Positions 27,840-37,674 of a stretch of 64,000 nucleotides of DNA are shown here, piece by piece (the stretch's first letter is position 1; every line of letters starts with the position of its first letter). The notes beneath the pieces are model-generated. The model did not search any database and had not been told where the DNA came from. It saw nothing but the letters and a program-made list of their open reading frames with translations. This DNA comes from an uncultured Actinomycetes bacterium. GTDB taxonomy: Bacteria; Actinomycetota; Acidimicrobiia; Spongiisociales; DATADW01. The position numbers and the translations under genes are program-made. The stretch lies in the NCBI GenBank assembly GCA_963758695.1, contig CAVWWM010000018.1, positions 10,234-74,233 on the forward strand, read 5' to 3'.

Positions 27840-28943
27840 ATGAGGGTTGACCCCGCCACTACCCGCACCCTCCACCACACCGATCCGGTCATCCAGGAGG
27901 TTCTCGACATCTGGGCGGCCCGTTTTCTGGCCGGGCATATCGCGCTGGGCGACCTGACCGCCACCGTGGGGAGGATTGGCGATTGGTCGGACTGGGCCCC
28001 TGAGTGGATGGCGACGGCCCGGTTCCACGAAGCGATGGGCGAGATGGCCTGGGACGAGGGGCGTCGCATCACCGCGGTGGAGAGTTTTCTGGCGGCATCG
28101 CGCTGTTACCACCTCTCCTACTTCCTGTCGGTGGACGACCTCGAGACCCACGCCCACGGTCTGGCCAAGATGGTGGAGTGCCACGACCGGGTCCTGCCCT
28201 ACATGGCGCCCCCTGTCGAGAAGGTCACCATCCCCTTCCCGGATTCCGACCTCGCCGGACTGCTCAGCATCCCAGCAGGCGGCAGGCCCGCTCCGTTGGT
28301 GATCCTTCTTCCAGGGCTCGACTCGACCAAGGAGAATCGTCACGGCGCTCGAGCCCAATTGCTGCGCCGCGGTCTCGCCGTGCTCAGCCTCGACGGGCCG
28401 GGTCAGGGCGAGATCAGCACCAAGCTGCCCATCCGCCACGACTACGAGGTCGCCGTCTCCGCGGCAGTCGATGCCATGGAGGCGAGAGACGACATCGACG
28501 CCGCAAGGGTGGGTCTCATCGGGGTGAGCCTCGGTGGCTACTACGCCTGTCGGGCGGCTGCCTTCGAGCCGCGGGTCACCGCCGCCGTCGCCAACTGCGG
28601 GCCGTATGACTGGGCTGCCTGTTGGGATGAACTGCCCGGGGTGACCAGGGGCGCCTTCCGCCACTACTCGTGGTCGTCGTCGGACGAGGAGGCGAGGGAC
28701 AAGGCCGGCGCACTCGACCTGGGCGGCGTCGCCGAGAAGATCACCCAGCCTCTCGTGGTCGTCCACGGGATGCTCGATCCTCTCATCGGTGTCGAGCATG
28801 CCCGCCGGATCGCCGAAGAGGCGCCAAACGCCACCCTCCTCACCGTCGACGACGCCACCCACGGCATCAGCAACCTGGGCTACAAGGCTGAGCCCTGGGT
28901 GAACGACTGGATGGCTGAGCGGCTGGGGGGCACCGTCGTCTGA
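27840..28943 (+). CDS. Alpha/beta hydrolase, FrsA / dihydropseudooxynicotine-hydrolase-like
   Basis: Intact 367-aa ORF with a helical N-domain. LPGLDSTKE; elbow GLIGVSLGGYY. Paralogue of 20486..21652. Confidence 0.8.
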   Translation: MRVDPATTRTLHHTDPVIQEVLDIWAARFLAGHIALGDLTATVGRIGDWSDWAPEWMATARFHEAMGEMAWDEGRRITAVESFLAASRCYHLSYFLSVDDLETHAHGLAKMVECHDRVLPYMAPPVEKVTIPFPDSDLAGLLSIPAGGRPAPLVILLPGLDSTKENRHGARAQLLRRGLAVLSLDGPGQGEISTKLPIRHDYEVAVSAAVDAMEARDDIDAARVGLIGVSLGGYYACRAAAFEPRVTAAVANCGPYDWAACWDELPGVTRGAFRHYSWSSSDEEARDKAGALDLGGVAEKITQPLVVVHGMLDPLIGVEHARRIAEEAPNATLLTVDDATHGISNLGYKAEPWVNDWMAERLGGTVV

Positions 28944-28954
28944 CCGCAATCCGG

Positions 28955-30229
28955 TCAGATCACCATCAACTCATGGGGGAACCGGGTGACCTTCTCGTTT
29001 CCGCCATCGGTGAGCACATAGGTGCGCCCGAAGAAGATCCCCAGCAAACCGTCGGGGGTGATGATGGTCGGCTCCAGCATGGCCACGGTCCCCGGGGCTA
29101 ATACGAGTTCGTTGGGCTCGGCCAGCACGTGGTCCGCCATGACGTGCGGCGGGTGGCTGACGAAGTCGATGCAATGGAGGAACAACGGTCTCGAGTCGTA
29201 ACCCTTCTCCGGGAAGAAGCGGCTCGCCTTCATCACGTCGTCCCAGGTGTTGCCCCCCACCAGTTGTTCGGCCATAAGGTCGTATCCGGGCAGGACGATG
29301 TCCTCGAAGAACCGGCGGATCCACGCCGGGGGCTCCCCGATGCAGATCGGTGTACCCAACTGCACCGAGTACCCGCGGTAGCCGCAGGCAAGCTCGTTGA
29401 TGATGATGTCGCCCTTCTCCAGCCTGCGGTCCGATGGCCATGGGTTGCCGAACACCATGCCCGGATTGCTGGTGGGGGTCGATCCGATGATTGTGAAGTC
29501 CATCTGTCCGCCACCGTCCATCACGGCGTGGGTGGCGGCGGCGGCCAGCTGATACTCGGTCACCCCGGGCCGGGCGATGGCGATCATTGCGTGGAACGCC
29601 TGATCCATCAGCTCCCCGGCACGGCGGACACACTCGATCTCCTCGTCGCTCTTGACATGGACCAGTTCGTGGAAGAAATCACCCACTCTCTCCAGCGTGG
29701 CGTCGGGCAGCCCCTGACGAATCCGCTCCCACTCGTCGACCGGCAAGTGGTGACCGAAGACGGGGTCGACACATGAGATCCCGATGGTGGCGTCGGCCAG
29801 ACCCCACTCCTTGACCAAATCGACGATCACATCACCGGACCGCCCCCACCTCGAGTGGCGCACGTCCTCGAGGGGCGTGGCTCGGCGCACCGCCTCCCGA
29901 TGGGCCCCACCAGGGCCACAGATGAGCACCGGCTCGCCGTCGGGTGGCACGACGACATAGGCCGACATGCCGTGCCATTCCCAGTGGTTGCTGAGCCATC
30001 GCATGCCGCCACCCCAGCTCCAATGGTTGGGACCGCCCGAGGCGACGAGCACGTCGAGCCCGAGACGCTTCATCTTCTCCCTCGTGGCGTCGAAGCGGCG
30101 CTGGTATTCCTCGTCGGAGAACCGCGGGTACACGGCATCGGCGTACCAGGGCGTGTTGGCTACCCGACCGAAGACCTCGGTGTGCAGCTTCCCGGCGGCT
30201 TCCTTGAAATCGATGTCACCCGGTGTCAT
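28955..30229 (-). CDS. M24-family (creatinase/prolidase-like) protein with non-canonical metal-site positions
   Basis: Intact 424-aa ORF. SDEEIECVRRAG pita-bread signature region. IIINELACGYRGYSVQLGTPI sits where D...D ligands are expected (alignment by eye). Confidence 0.75.
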   Translation of the reverse strand: MTPGDIDFKEAAGKLHTEVFGRVANTPWYADAVYPRFSDEEYQRRFDATREKMKRLGLDVLVASGGPNHWSWGGGMRWLSNHWEWHGMSAYVVVPPDGEPVLICGPGGAHREAVRRATPLEDVRHSRWGRSGDVIVDLVKEWGLADATIGISCVDPVFGHHLPVDEWERIRQGLPDATLERVGDFFHELVHVKSDEEIECVRRAGELMDQAFHAMIAIARPGVTEYQLAAAATHAVMDGGGQMDFTIIGSTPTSNPGMVFGNPWPSDRRLEKGDIIINELACGYRGYSVQLGTPICIGEPPAWIRRFFEDIVLPGYDLMAEQLVGGNTWDDVMKASRFFPEKGYDSRPLFLHCIDFVSHPPHVMADHVLAEPNELVLAPGTVAMLEPTIITPDGLLGIFFGRTYVLTDGGNEKVTRFPHELMVI

Positions 30230-30253
30230 CGGTTCTCCTTTTCACGGGACGGT

Positions 30254-31237
30254 TCACGTAGAGATCGAATCGAGCAGTCCGAGGCTGTCGAGGTCGGCTG
30301 TCAAAGCGCTCATCCGCTCCTCGCTCAAGGGGATCAGTGGCGGGCGGACCGGTCCTTGCGGCAGCCCCATGAGCCCGAGCCATGCCTTCAGTTCGGCGAT
30401 GGGTATCGCCCCCTCGCCGTGGGCCAGCCACTGGTCGCGCATCCAGCGCTGAAAAGCGTCCCGCTCCCGCCCCAGGGTTCTCTGCAACTCCCAGGCACCT
30501 TCGGTGTCCCCGGTGTCTGCCAGGCGCGTGTAGTCGAGAACGGGGCGGTGGTCGGGTGTCTGGTACATGGCCAGCGCCGGGGTCGACATGAGCGCCGGAA
30601 ATCCGTGGTCGAGATGGAGCGAGAGCCAGTCGCCCTCGTCCGCATCACAGACGACGATACGGTCACCCACCAGGTCGCGGACCTGGAGCAGGTGGTCCAT
30701 CGGCTTGGGGTTCTTGATCCCGCATACGGTCTCGAGTTCGCTCAGCTCGGCGATCAGGGAGGGACTCAAGGCATACCCCGAATACGAGGTGTTGAAGAGG
30801 AAGAAGGGCACCGAGGACTCGGAAGTGAGGCGCCGGTACCAGTCGCGCACCATGTCGTCGCTCGGCTTGATCGGGTAGTAGGGGTTGATGGCGATGACGA
30901 AGTCGGCGCCGATCTGCTCGGCGTGACGGCTTAGTTGCGCCGCCTCGGAGTAGACGTGATGCCCGATGTGGGCCATCACCGGCACCCGTCGCGCCGCCGT
31001 GCTGAGCACCACCTCGTGGACGCGGGCACGCTCTTCCACCGTCAACGCCCAGAACTCGCCCATCACGCCGCCGCAGAAGATCCCATCGACCTCCAAGCCA
31101 TCGATGTAGTGGTCCACCGCCTTGCGCAATGCCCCCTCGTCGACCTCTCCCGATGATGTGAAGGGTGTGGGTATGGCAATCCACAACCCCTTCACCTTCT
31201 CGAATGCCGCCTCCTTGGCCGAGCCCAATGCGGTCAT
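30254..31237 (-). CDS. DapA / dihydrodipicolinate synthase family aldolase or deaminase
   Basis: Intact 327-aa ORF. PTPFTSSGEVDEGALRKAVDHYI; GIFCGGVMGEFWALT; candidate Schiff-base Lys in VCGIKNP. Confidence 0.85.
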   Translation of the reverse strand: MTALGSAKEAAFEKVKGLWIAIPTPFTSSGEVDEGALRKAVDHYIDGLEVDGIFCGGVMGEFWALTVEERARVHEVVLSTAARRVPVMAHIGHHVYSEAAQLSRHAEQIGADFVIAINPYYPIKPSDDMVRDWYRRLTSESSVPFFLFNTSYSGYALSPSLIAELSELETVCGIKNPKPMDHLLQVRDLVGDRIVVCDADEGDWLSLHLDHGFPALMSTPALAMYQTPDHRPVLDYTRLADTGDTEGAWELQRTLGRERDAFQRWMRDQWLAHGEGAIPIAELKAWLGLMGLPQGPVRPPLIPLSEERMSALTADLDSLGLLDSIST

Positions 31238-31277
31238 GATTCGCCTCTCCTCTCTCCCGGCGGCGACGACGGCCTGG

Positions 31278-32444
31278 TCATCCCGCCCTGATGAGCTGTA
31301 GCGGGAAGGAATGCAGTGAGACTGCGCCTTCGTCGGTGACCACGCACAACTCTCCCACCTGTACCCCTGCGGTTTCGTCCGTGGTGATGACGTTGGGCTG
31401 GATCACCACCGTCTGGCCGGCCTCGAAGCGCCAGTCGTCGTCTCGCCCCCGGGTAGTTTGCCTGGTACGGATCCACGGAGGCAACAGACCGATGCCATAG
31501 CCGTGCACCAGGTCGTCTCTGATGCTGAAGCCCCGTTCGGAGACCGCCTCCGACGCATCCCATACCTCCTCGACCGCGGCCCCCGTTCGTATGGCGGCGG
31601 CGACCTTGTGATACACGTCCTCGGCCACGGCGTGCAGGTCGGCGATCAGGGCGGTGGGCTCCTGTGAAACGGTATAGGTGCGAAGACCCTGACCGGCGTA
31701 GCCGGCATACGAGGCGCTGAGCTCGCAGGTCACCACGTCACCCGCCTGGATCTCCCGATTCGACAGGACCTGTGCCGGGACGCATCTGTCCGGATCGCTC
31801 ATCGGTGTCGATGCGATGTAGTAGAAGGTGGTCAACCCACCGGCACCGAGATAGGAGTGCTCGATGGGCTCCGCCAACTCGTACTCCTTGATCCCGGGGA
31901 CCAGCGCATCCCGGAGTGCGGCGAGGGCGGCGTCGGTGAATGCGGCTCCCCGCTTGAGCCACTCCAGCTCTTCATCGCTCTTCTTGAGCCGGATCGTTCG
32001 GAACTCCCGGGTCACGTCCCCGAAGGAACAGCGATCGCCGGTTGTCCTCCGCATCGACTCGTACTGCTGATAGGGCATCCAGCCGACCACGCCCACCCCA
32101 CCGAGACCCCGGGCCAGAAGATCCTCTCCTACGGTGACGCCATTGTCGGCGCCACCCCACCTGACGTCGTCGAGGAAGGAGACCTGCGCCGCGTTTGGCA
32201 CGTGGTTGTAGCTCTGGGCGAAGAGGGTGGGCTCCCCCTCACGAGGGAAGATCACGTAGTTGTCCCTCATCCCGAGATAGCCGGAGAGGTAGTAGACGTC
32301 GGCCTGGGCGGTGCGGTTCTGTGCCGACCAGCCGAAAACCACCAGCGCATCGAGGTCGGACTCGGCGAGGAACGACCGAACCAGGTCGTGGCGGCGAGCG
32401 ATCTCTTCTCCGCCGAATCGCGGGTACAAGTCGGTCGCCGCCAC
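31278..32444 (-). CDS. M24-family (creatinase/prolidase-like) protein
   Basis: Intact 388-aa ORF. KSDEELEWLKRGA, VVTCELSASYAGYAGQGLRTY, LVHGYGIGL, VGELCVVTD. Confidence 0.78.
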   Translation of the reverse strand: MAATDLYPRFGGEEIARRHDLVRSFLAESDLDALVVFGWSAQNRTAQADVYYLSGYLGMRDNYVIFPREGEPTLFAQSYNHVPNAAQVSFLDDVRWGGADNGVTVGEDLLARGLGGVGVVGWMPYQQYESMRRTTGDRCSFGDVTREFRTIRLKKSDEELEWLKRGAAFTDAALAALRDALVPGIKEYELAEPIEHSYLGAGGLTTFYYIASTPMSDPDRCVPAQVLSNREIQAGDVVTCELSASYAGYAGQGLRTYTVSQEPTALIADLHAVAEDVYHKVAAAIRTGAAVEEVWDASEAVSERGFSIRDDLVHGYGIGLLPPWIRTRQTTRGRDDDWRFEAGQTVVIQPNVITTDETAGVQVGELCVVTDEGAVSLHSFPLQLIRAG

Positions 32445-32533
32445 GGTCTCGCTTCTGGAGGGGAGGGGCGACCCTAGCGAGGAGCGAGCGCAGCCCTGGG
32501 GGATGATTCCTCACAATCACCCCCCGGTTTCGG

Positions 32534-32574
32534 TTGACACTGGGACGCTCGGATAGTTACGTTGCAAACGATTG
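32534..32574 (+). promoter_or_regulatory. Candidate promoter (TTGACA-18-TACGTT) with LacI-type operator-like site CAAACGATTG immediately downstream
   Basis: TTGACA 32534-32539, TACGTT 32558-32563, operator-like 10-mer 32565-32574. It lies 50 nt upstream of the binding-protein start. Confidence 0.45.
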
Positions 32575-32624
32575 GGCAGCCGATCGAGAACCGTTCGCGA
32601 AGGATGGAACTGAGGAGGACTCCC

Positions 32625-34319
32625 ATGGGACGAGCTTCGATTGCGCGGAGGATCTTGGCCCTGTGCGCCGTTCTCCCGCTGGTGTTGGCGGCGTGCGGGC
32701 AGGGCACCACTACGGACACGTCCGCCGCCTCGGGTTCGACCGCGGCAGGTGGCGAGGCGAGCGGTGACGTTCCCAACCCGGACGTGCTCATCGCCACTGT
32801 GAACGACGACATAACGAGTATCGACCCCGCCGCGGTGGGCGGGAACGATGTCGGCATGAACGTGATCCTCAACGTCTACGACCGTCTCGTGGCCATACCC
32901 CCTGACAGCGGTTCTCCCGTTCCCTCGCTCTCCACCGAGGTTCCCACCATCGAGAACGGGTTGATATCGGAGGACGGGCTCACCTACACCTTCCCGCTGC
33001 GCGAGGGCGTCGTCTTCTCGGACGGGACCGACCTCACCGCCGAGGACGTGGAGTACTCGTGGAACCGGGTCATCGAGATGAACCTTCCCGAGGGTCAAGC
33101 CCCACTGTTCGAGAACGTCGCATCGTTCCGGGCGGTCGACGACCTCACCTTCGAGGTGACGCTCAGCAGCGTCGACGCGGCATTCCTACACCTGGTCGCC
33201 TTTCCCCCGGCGAGCGTCGTCAGCATGGACGCGGTCGAGGCCAATGGCGGCGTGGAGGCGGGCACGCCCAACGAGTACATGGCGCAGAACATGGTTGGCA
33301 GCGGTCCCTACACGCTTGCCACCTGGGAGCGTGGCGACCGGATGACCTTCGACATCAATCCTGACTACTGGGGCGAGCCGGCCCACCTGCCGGTGCGCTG
33401 GGAGTTGATCGCCGACTCGCCGGCCACCGGTCTGCAGGCCAGGGAGTACGACATCATCGACATCAGCCCCACCGACGTGCCCTCGGTCGAGCCCATTGAG
33501 CATGCAGTGCTCGACACAGAAAACTTGGACCTCCAGGTGCTTCTGATCGGGATGAACATGAACATCGCCGAGGTTCCCGAGGGTGACACGATCCCGCCCG
33601 ACTTCTTCCAGGACGTGCGGATTCGGCAGGCGTTCAACTACGCCTTCGACTATCAGGGATACATCGATGGGATCCTCGGCGGGCAGGGTGGTCGGGCCAG
33701 CTTCGTCCTCCCCACCGGGATGTTCGGGTACGACCCGGAAGCTCCCATCTACCCCACCGATCCCGCCATGGCCGAGCAGCTCTTCACGGAAGCCGGATAC
33801 TGGGACGAGGGGTTCACCGTCTCGATCATCACCGACCAGACCCACGAGGGGTTCACCGGGGCGGCTCTGACCCTCAAGGACAGCGTCGAGGCGCTCAACC
33901 CCAACTTCCACATCAACGTGCTGCAGTTGCCTGAGGCGCAATTCGACGAGCAGCTGGCCACCGACCCGCTCCCGGTGGGGATGTGGTCCTACACCAGCTC
34001 GCAGTACAGCAACCCCGACGCCTACCTGTTCGACACCGCGCTATCCGATGGCCGGTACGGGAGCGTTAACAGCTTCGCCGACGGCTACACCGACGCCCAG
34101 AGGGTCGACGACCTGGTCGCCGCGGCGCGCGGCTCCCTAGACGAAGAGGAGCGGCTCCAGATCCTCTCCGAGATCCAGACGGTGCTCTACGAGGAGGCGG
34201 CGTGGATCATGCCGGCCAACGAGGGGGCACCGTCGGCAGCTGGCGACTGGGTGAAGGGCCACGTGGAGAACCCGATGTGGCCACGGCCTTCCCAGTACTG
34301 GGCCATCTACGACAAGTGA
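32625..34319 (+). CDS. ABC transporter substrate-binding lipoprotein, family 5 (peptide/opine/nickel, DppA/OppA-like)
   Basis: GAGGAGG RBS then ATG 32625. Signal peptide with lipobox LVLAAC. Long SBP_bac_5-like body (...NPDYWGEPA...). Confidence 0.88.
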   Translation: MGRASIARRILALCAVLPLVLAACGQGTTTDTSAASGSTAAGGEASGDVPNPDVLIATVNDDITSIDPAAVGGNDVGMNVILNVYDRLVAIPPDSGSPVPSLSTEVPTIENGLISEDGLTYTFPLREGVVFSDGTDLTAEDVEYSWNRVIEMNLPEGQAPLFENVASFRAVDDLTFEVTLSSVDAAFLHLVAFPPASVVSMDAVEANGGVEAGTPNEYMAQNMVGSGPYTLATWERGDRMTFDINPDYWGEPAHLPVRWELIADSPATGLQAREYDIIDISPTDVPSVEPIEHAVLDTENLDLQVLLIGMNMNIAEVPEGDTIPPDFFQDVRIRQAFNYAFDYQGYIDGILGGQGGRASFVLPTGMFGYDPEAPIYPTDPAMAEQLFTEAGYWDEGFTVSIITDQTHEGFTGAALTLKDSVEALNPNFHINVLQLPEAQFDEQLATDPLPVGMWSYTSSQYSNPDAYLFDTALSDGRYGSVNSFADGYTDAQRVDDLVAAARGSLDEEERLQILSEIQTVLYEEAAWIMPANEGAPSAAGDWVKGHVENPMWPRPSQYWAIYDK

Positions 34320-34378
34320 GGAACGGGTCGAGTTCGTAAAGGGGAGGGTTGCCTAGGCTGGCTCTAGGAGCTTGACGG

Positions 34379-35389
34379 TTGCATAGGTACATCGGTCGAA
34401 GGCTGCTGGCACTGCCCTTCGTGATCTTGGCGGTGAGCATCCTGGTGTTCACCCTGACCCGGATCGGCGGGTCGCCCATCGGCTCCTATCTGGAGCCGGG
34501 GATGACCGACGAGGAGATCGCGGCCCTCGAGGAGCGGTTCAACCTTGACGAACCGCTCCCGATCCAATACCTGGCGTGGCTCGGCGGGGTATTTAGAGGC
34601 GAGTTCGGCTGGTCGGCGGTTGCCGCCGCACCCGTGATCGCAGTCTTCCCCCAGAAGATCGCCGCTTCGTTCGAGTTGGGGGCCGCCGCGGCGCTCTGGG
34701 CGGTCACCCTTGGGGTCGGTCTCGGCACGTTCGCCGCCAGGCGCCGGAATCGACTGCCCGATCAGTTCTCCAGCGTGTTCGCCGTGGGAGGGGCGAGCAT
34801 GCCCACCTTCTGGCTGGGGATCGTCCTCCTCATCATCTTCTGGGCCAACCTGGGATGGTTCCCTCACGGGCGTTCGGATCCGGAGCTATGGAACAGCATC
34901 GCCCATCCCACCAACTTCTACGTGATCGACTCGATAATCGCCGGGAACCTCCAGGCCCTGGGGGACGCCCTTTGGCATCTGGTCCTTCCGGCGATCACGC
35001 TCGGTTACGCCGCGGTGGGCATCGTGACCAGGATGATGCGCTCCTCGCTGCTCGAGGAGATGGGCAAGGACTATGTCGATGCCGCCCGAGCCCGTGGTCT
35101 CCCCGAGCGCCTGGTGGTCCGCCGCCATGCCCGCCGCAATGCCTTCATCCCGACGATTACCGTCATCGGCATCTCGGTCGGAATCATGTTCGAGGGCACC
35201 GTCGTGGTCGAGACCATCTTTGGCTGGCCGGGGCTTGGCAGCTGGATGGCCGATTCCGTCTTGAGAGGCGACCAGGCAACCACGCTGGCCTTTGTCATCT
35301 TCACCAGCATTCTCTTCCTCACCATCAACATGATCGTCGACGTCCTGTACGGGTATCTCGACCGCCGCGTCGTCTTGAGGAAGGCCTAG
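34379..35389 (+). CDS. ABC transporter permease (DppB/OppB-like)
   Basis: 336-aa ORF. N-terminal HRYIGRRLLALPFVIL. EAA-region YVDAARARGLPERLVVRRHARRNA. Confidence 0.9.
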   Translation: MHRYIGRRLLALPFVILAVSILVFTLTRIGGSPIGSYLEPGMTDEEIAALEERFNLDEPLPIQYLAWLGGVFRGEFGWSAVAAAPVIAVFPQKIAASFELGAAAALWAVTLGVGLGTFAARRRNRLPDQFSSVFAVGGASMPTFWLGIVLLIIFWANLGWFPHGRSDPELWNSIAHPTNFYVIDSIIAGNLQALGDALWHLVLPAITLGYAAVGIVTRMMRSSLLEEMGKDYVDAARARGLPERLVVRRHARRNAFIPTITVIGISVGIMFEGTVVVETIFGWPGLGSWMADSVLRGDQATTLAFVIFTSILFLTINMIVDVLYGYLDRRVVLRKA

Positions 35390-35391
35390 CA

Positions 35392-36327
35392 ATGTCGATC
35401 GAGACGGTCCAAGTCGAAGTTGCACCGCCGGCTCAGGTGGTCCGCGAAACGCCATTCAGGGTCAGGACAAGGCGGCTGTGGTCGACGACGAAGGACGTGT
35501 TCAGCAGGGGGAGCACGAGGGTCGGTGCCATCATCATCTTCCTCCTCATCGGCATGGCGATCTTCGCCCCGCTACTGGTTCCCGAAAACCCGCGGGGCGC
35601 CTATCAGATGCCGAGGGACCTGAGCTCGGTGGCGGTTCCCCCCGGTTCCGAGGGCCATCCTTTGGGCACCACGCGCCTTGGCGGCGACGTTCTCTACGGG
35701 GTCGTCTGGGGCGCACGGCTCTCCCTCGTTCTGTCGCTGTCCGTCGTCGCCGGCGCCGTATTCATCGGGTTGATCGTGGGGTGCACGGCGGGAATCATTG
35801 GTGGCAAGGTCGACTCCTTCCTCATGCGCGTCGTGGATGTCTTCCTCTCCATCCCGGCACTGATCTTCCCGCTCGCCATCGCCGCCGTCTTGGGGCCATC
35901 CTTCATCAATATCGTGGTGGCGCTAGCAGTCATCATGTGGGCGCGCTATGCCCGGATCATCCGAAGTCAGATACTCCAGGTGCGCGAAGAGGACTATGTC
36001 GACGCGGCGCGGGCGATCGGCGACTCCAAGTTCGGGATCATCCGACGCGACATCTTGCCCAACTCGATCACGCCGGTAGCGGTGCAGGCAACGCTGGACA
36101 TGGGCCACGCCCTGTTGCTCGGCGCCACGCTGGCCTTCATCGGCCTCTCGGTTGCCGGTCAGGCGGAGTGGGGGACCTTGGTGAGCGAAGGCCAGGCAGA
36201 CATTGTCGCCGGGCGGTGGTGGACCTCAACCATCCCCGGCCTCATGGTGTTTCTCTGGGCGCTCTCGTTCAACCTGGTAGGCGATGGTCTGCGCGACGTG
36301 CTCGACCCCAGAACCGAGTTGCGCTGA
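35392..36327 (+). CDS. ABC transporter permease (DppC/OppC-like)
   Basis: ATG 35392, 2 nt after the previous stop (MSIETVQVEV). YVDAARAIGDSKFGIIRRDILPNS. Confidence 0.9.
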   Translation: MSIETVQVEVAPPAQVVRETPFRVRTRRLWSTTKDVFSRGSTRVGAIIIFLLIGMAIFAPLLVPENPRGAYQMPRDLSSVAVPPGSEGHPLGTTRLGGDVLYGVVWGARLSLVLSLSVVAGAVFIGLIVGCTAGIIGGKVDSFLMRVVDVFLSIPALIFPLAIAAVLGPSFINIVVALAVIMWARYARIIRSQILQVREEDYVDAARAIGDSKFGIIRRDILPNSITPVAVQATLDMGHALLLGATLAFIGLSVAGQAEWGTLVSEGQADIVAGRWWTSTIPGLMVFLWALSFNLVGDGLRDVLDPRTELR

Positions 36328-36375
36328 ACCGAATTGCGCTGATCGAGTTGCCCTGACCGAGTCGCCCTGACCGAC
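36314..36375. repeat. Tandem 14-15-bp repeat, about 4.5 copies (consensus CCGAGTTGCGCTGA)
   Basis: CCGAGTTGCGCTGAA / CCGAATTGCGCTGA / TCGAGTTGCCCTGA / CCGAGTCGCCCTGA / CCGAC.... The first unit contains the permease stop codon (36325-36327). Confidence 0.85.
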
Positions 36376-36400
36376 CTCCGCTCGCCACAGTGATTGCCGA

Positions 36401-37567
36401 TCACGACGCCGACCGTGTCATGTGTGCGGCCAGCGCAGCGTCGGGTTCGAGGATGTAGACGCCGCCATTGACCCTGTCGGTGGCGTACACGGTGTGATCC
36501 TCGGCGACGAAGACGTCGTTGATCTGCGCCGCTGCCTGGTTCGGTGGACACTCCGGGATCCAGTGGGCCACCTCTACGGGAGCGTCGGGGTGGGCGACGT
36601 CGTACACCCTCAGACCTGCGTTGAAGTAGGTGACGAACATCAACTCCTGGCTTCGATAGCTGTTGGGGCGATTCTCGTGCAGGCAATGTGCCCCGAATCG
36701 GAGGCCCCGTTCGCAGAAGTCGCCCTCGGGGACCGGGCAGATCGAGCGGACGAAGGGTGCGGTCTCGTCGGTGACATCCACGATCCTCACCATGTGTCTG
36801 TCTCCGTCACAGCCTTCGGTCACCGCCTCGTCCGTGACCACCACCAGGTTGCGCTCGGGCAGCGGAAGCGCCGTGTGGGTGTGTCCTCCTTCCTCCCACC
36901 AGAGGCGTGAGATCGTCTTTGGGCCGGCGAGATCGGATATGTCGATCACCACCATCCCCCCGTCCCAGAAACCCAGATAGGCGCGATCGCCGTGGACCAG
37001 GGCGTGGTGGACCTGCCATTCCTCCCCGTCCGGAGTCTCCAGGGTCTCGCCTCCGGCCTCCCACATACCCGGCCACCACCAGCGGCCCGTCTCGGTCGGG
37101 TTGGTTGGATCGGAGAGGTCGACGATCAGCCAGATCCGGCCGCGGTAGCCATCGGGCGTCGCCGAGATGTAGGCGTGATCCCCCCCTTCGTACACGATGC
37201 GGTGAACACCCCGCCCACCGGTGTCGAAGAAGCCGACCTGCGTCGGGTTCCCCGGGTCATCGAGGCTGTAGACCGCCATCCCCACCGGGGCCGGTCCCTC
37301 ACTCCGGAATAGCTCGTGGTTGACCAACAGGAGGCCGTCTGCCACCTGCACCTTGTGGGTGTGTGATCCCGGGGGGGCATCCCATTGCCGGATCACCTGC
37401 GGGGCCGTCGGGTCCGAGATGTCGAGTATCGAGGTGCCCTTGCCGCTCGGGCCGAAATGGCCGACATAGAGAATGTCGCCGTGGGGCATGACCTGCATCC
37501 CGTCACCGTGCCCCATCAGGTCGGAGTGACCGACGAGTCGAAAACCGGACGTGTCCTCGAGATGCAT
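36401..37567 (-). CDS. LVIVD-repeat beta-propeller protein
   Basis: Intact 388-aa ORF. Recurrent SILDISDP, LIVDLSDP, VVIDISD, RIVDVTDE motifs typical of LVIVD repeats. No signal peptide evident. Confidence 0.75.
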   Translation of the reverse strand: MHLEDTSGFRLVGHSDLMGHGDGMQVMPHGDILYVGHFGPSGKGTSILDISDPTAPQVIRQWDAPPGSHTHKVQVADGLLLVNHELFRSEGPAPVGMAVYSLDDPGNPTQVGFFDTGGRGVHRIVYEGGDHAYISATPDGYRGRIWLIVDLSDPTNPTETGRWWWPGMWEAGGETLETPDGEEWQVHHALVHGDRAYLGFWDGGMVVIDISDLAGPKTISRLWWEEGGHTHTALPLPERNLVVVTDEAVTEGCDGDRHMVRIVDVTDETAPFVRSICPVPEGDFCERGLRFGAHCLHENRPNSYRSQELMFVTYFNAGLRVYDVAHPDAPVEVAHWIPECPPNQAAAQINDVFVAEDHTVYATDRVNGGVYILEPDAALAAHMTRSAS

Positions 37568-37617
37568 TGTTTCCGCCTTCTCGCCATTCGCTGCCTGGAG
37601 CCGCCCAAGCTAGGAAA

Positions 37618-37627
37618 CAACCGGTTG
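37618..37627. promoter_or_regulatory. Perfect palindrome CAACCGGTTG in the divergent LVIVD / LacI promoter region (candidate autoregulatory operator)
   Basis: Extended near-palindrome ACAACCGGTTGGT at 37616-37628, 48 nt upstream of the LacI GTG 37675. Confidence 0.45.
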
Positions 37628-37674
37628 GTCTGCCCCGGATAGGTGGTGAGAATCACCATGGGTACGCTCGCCGC

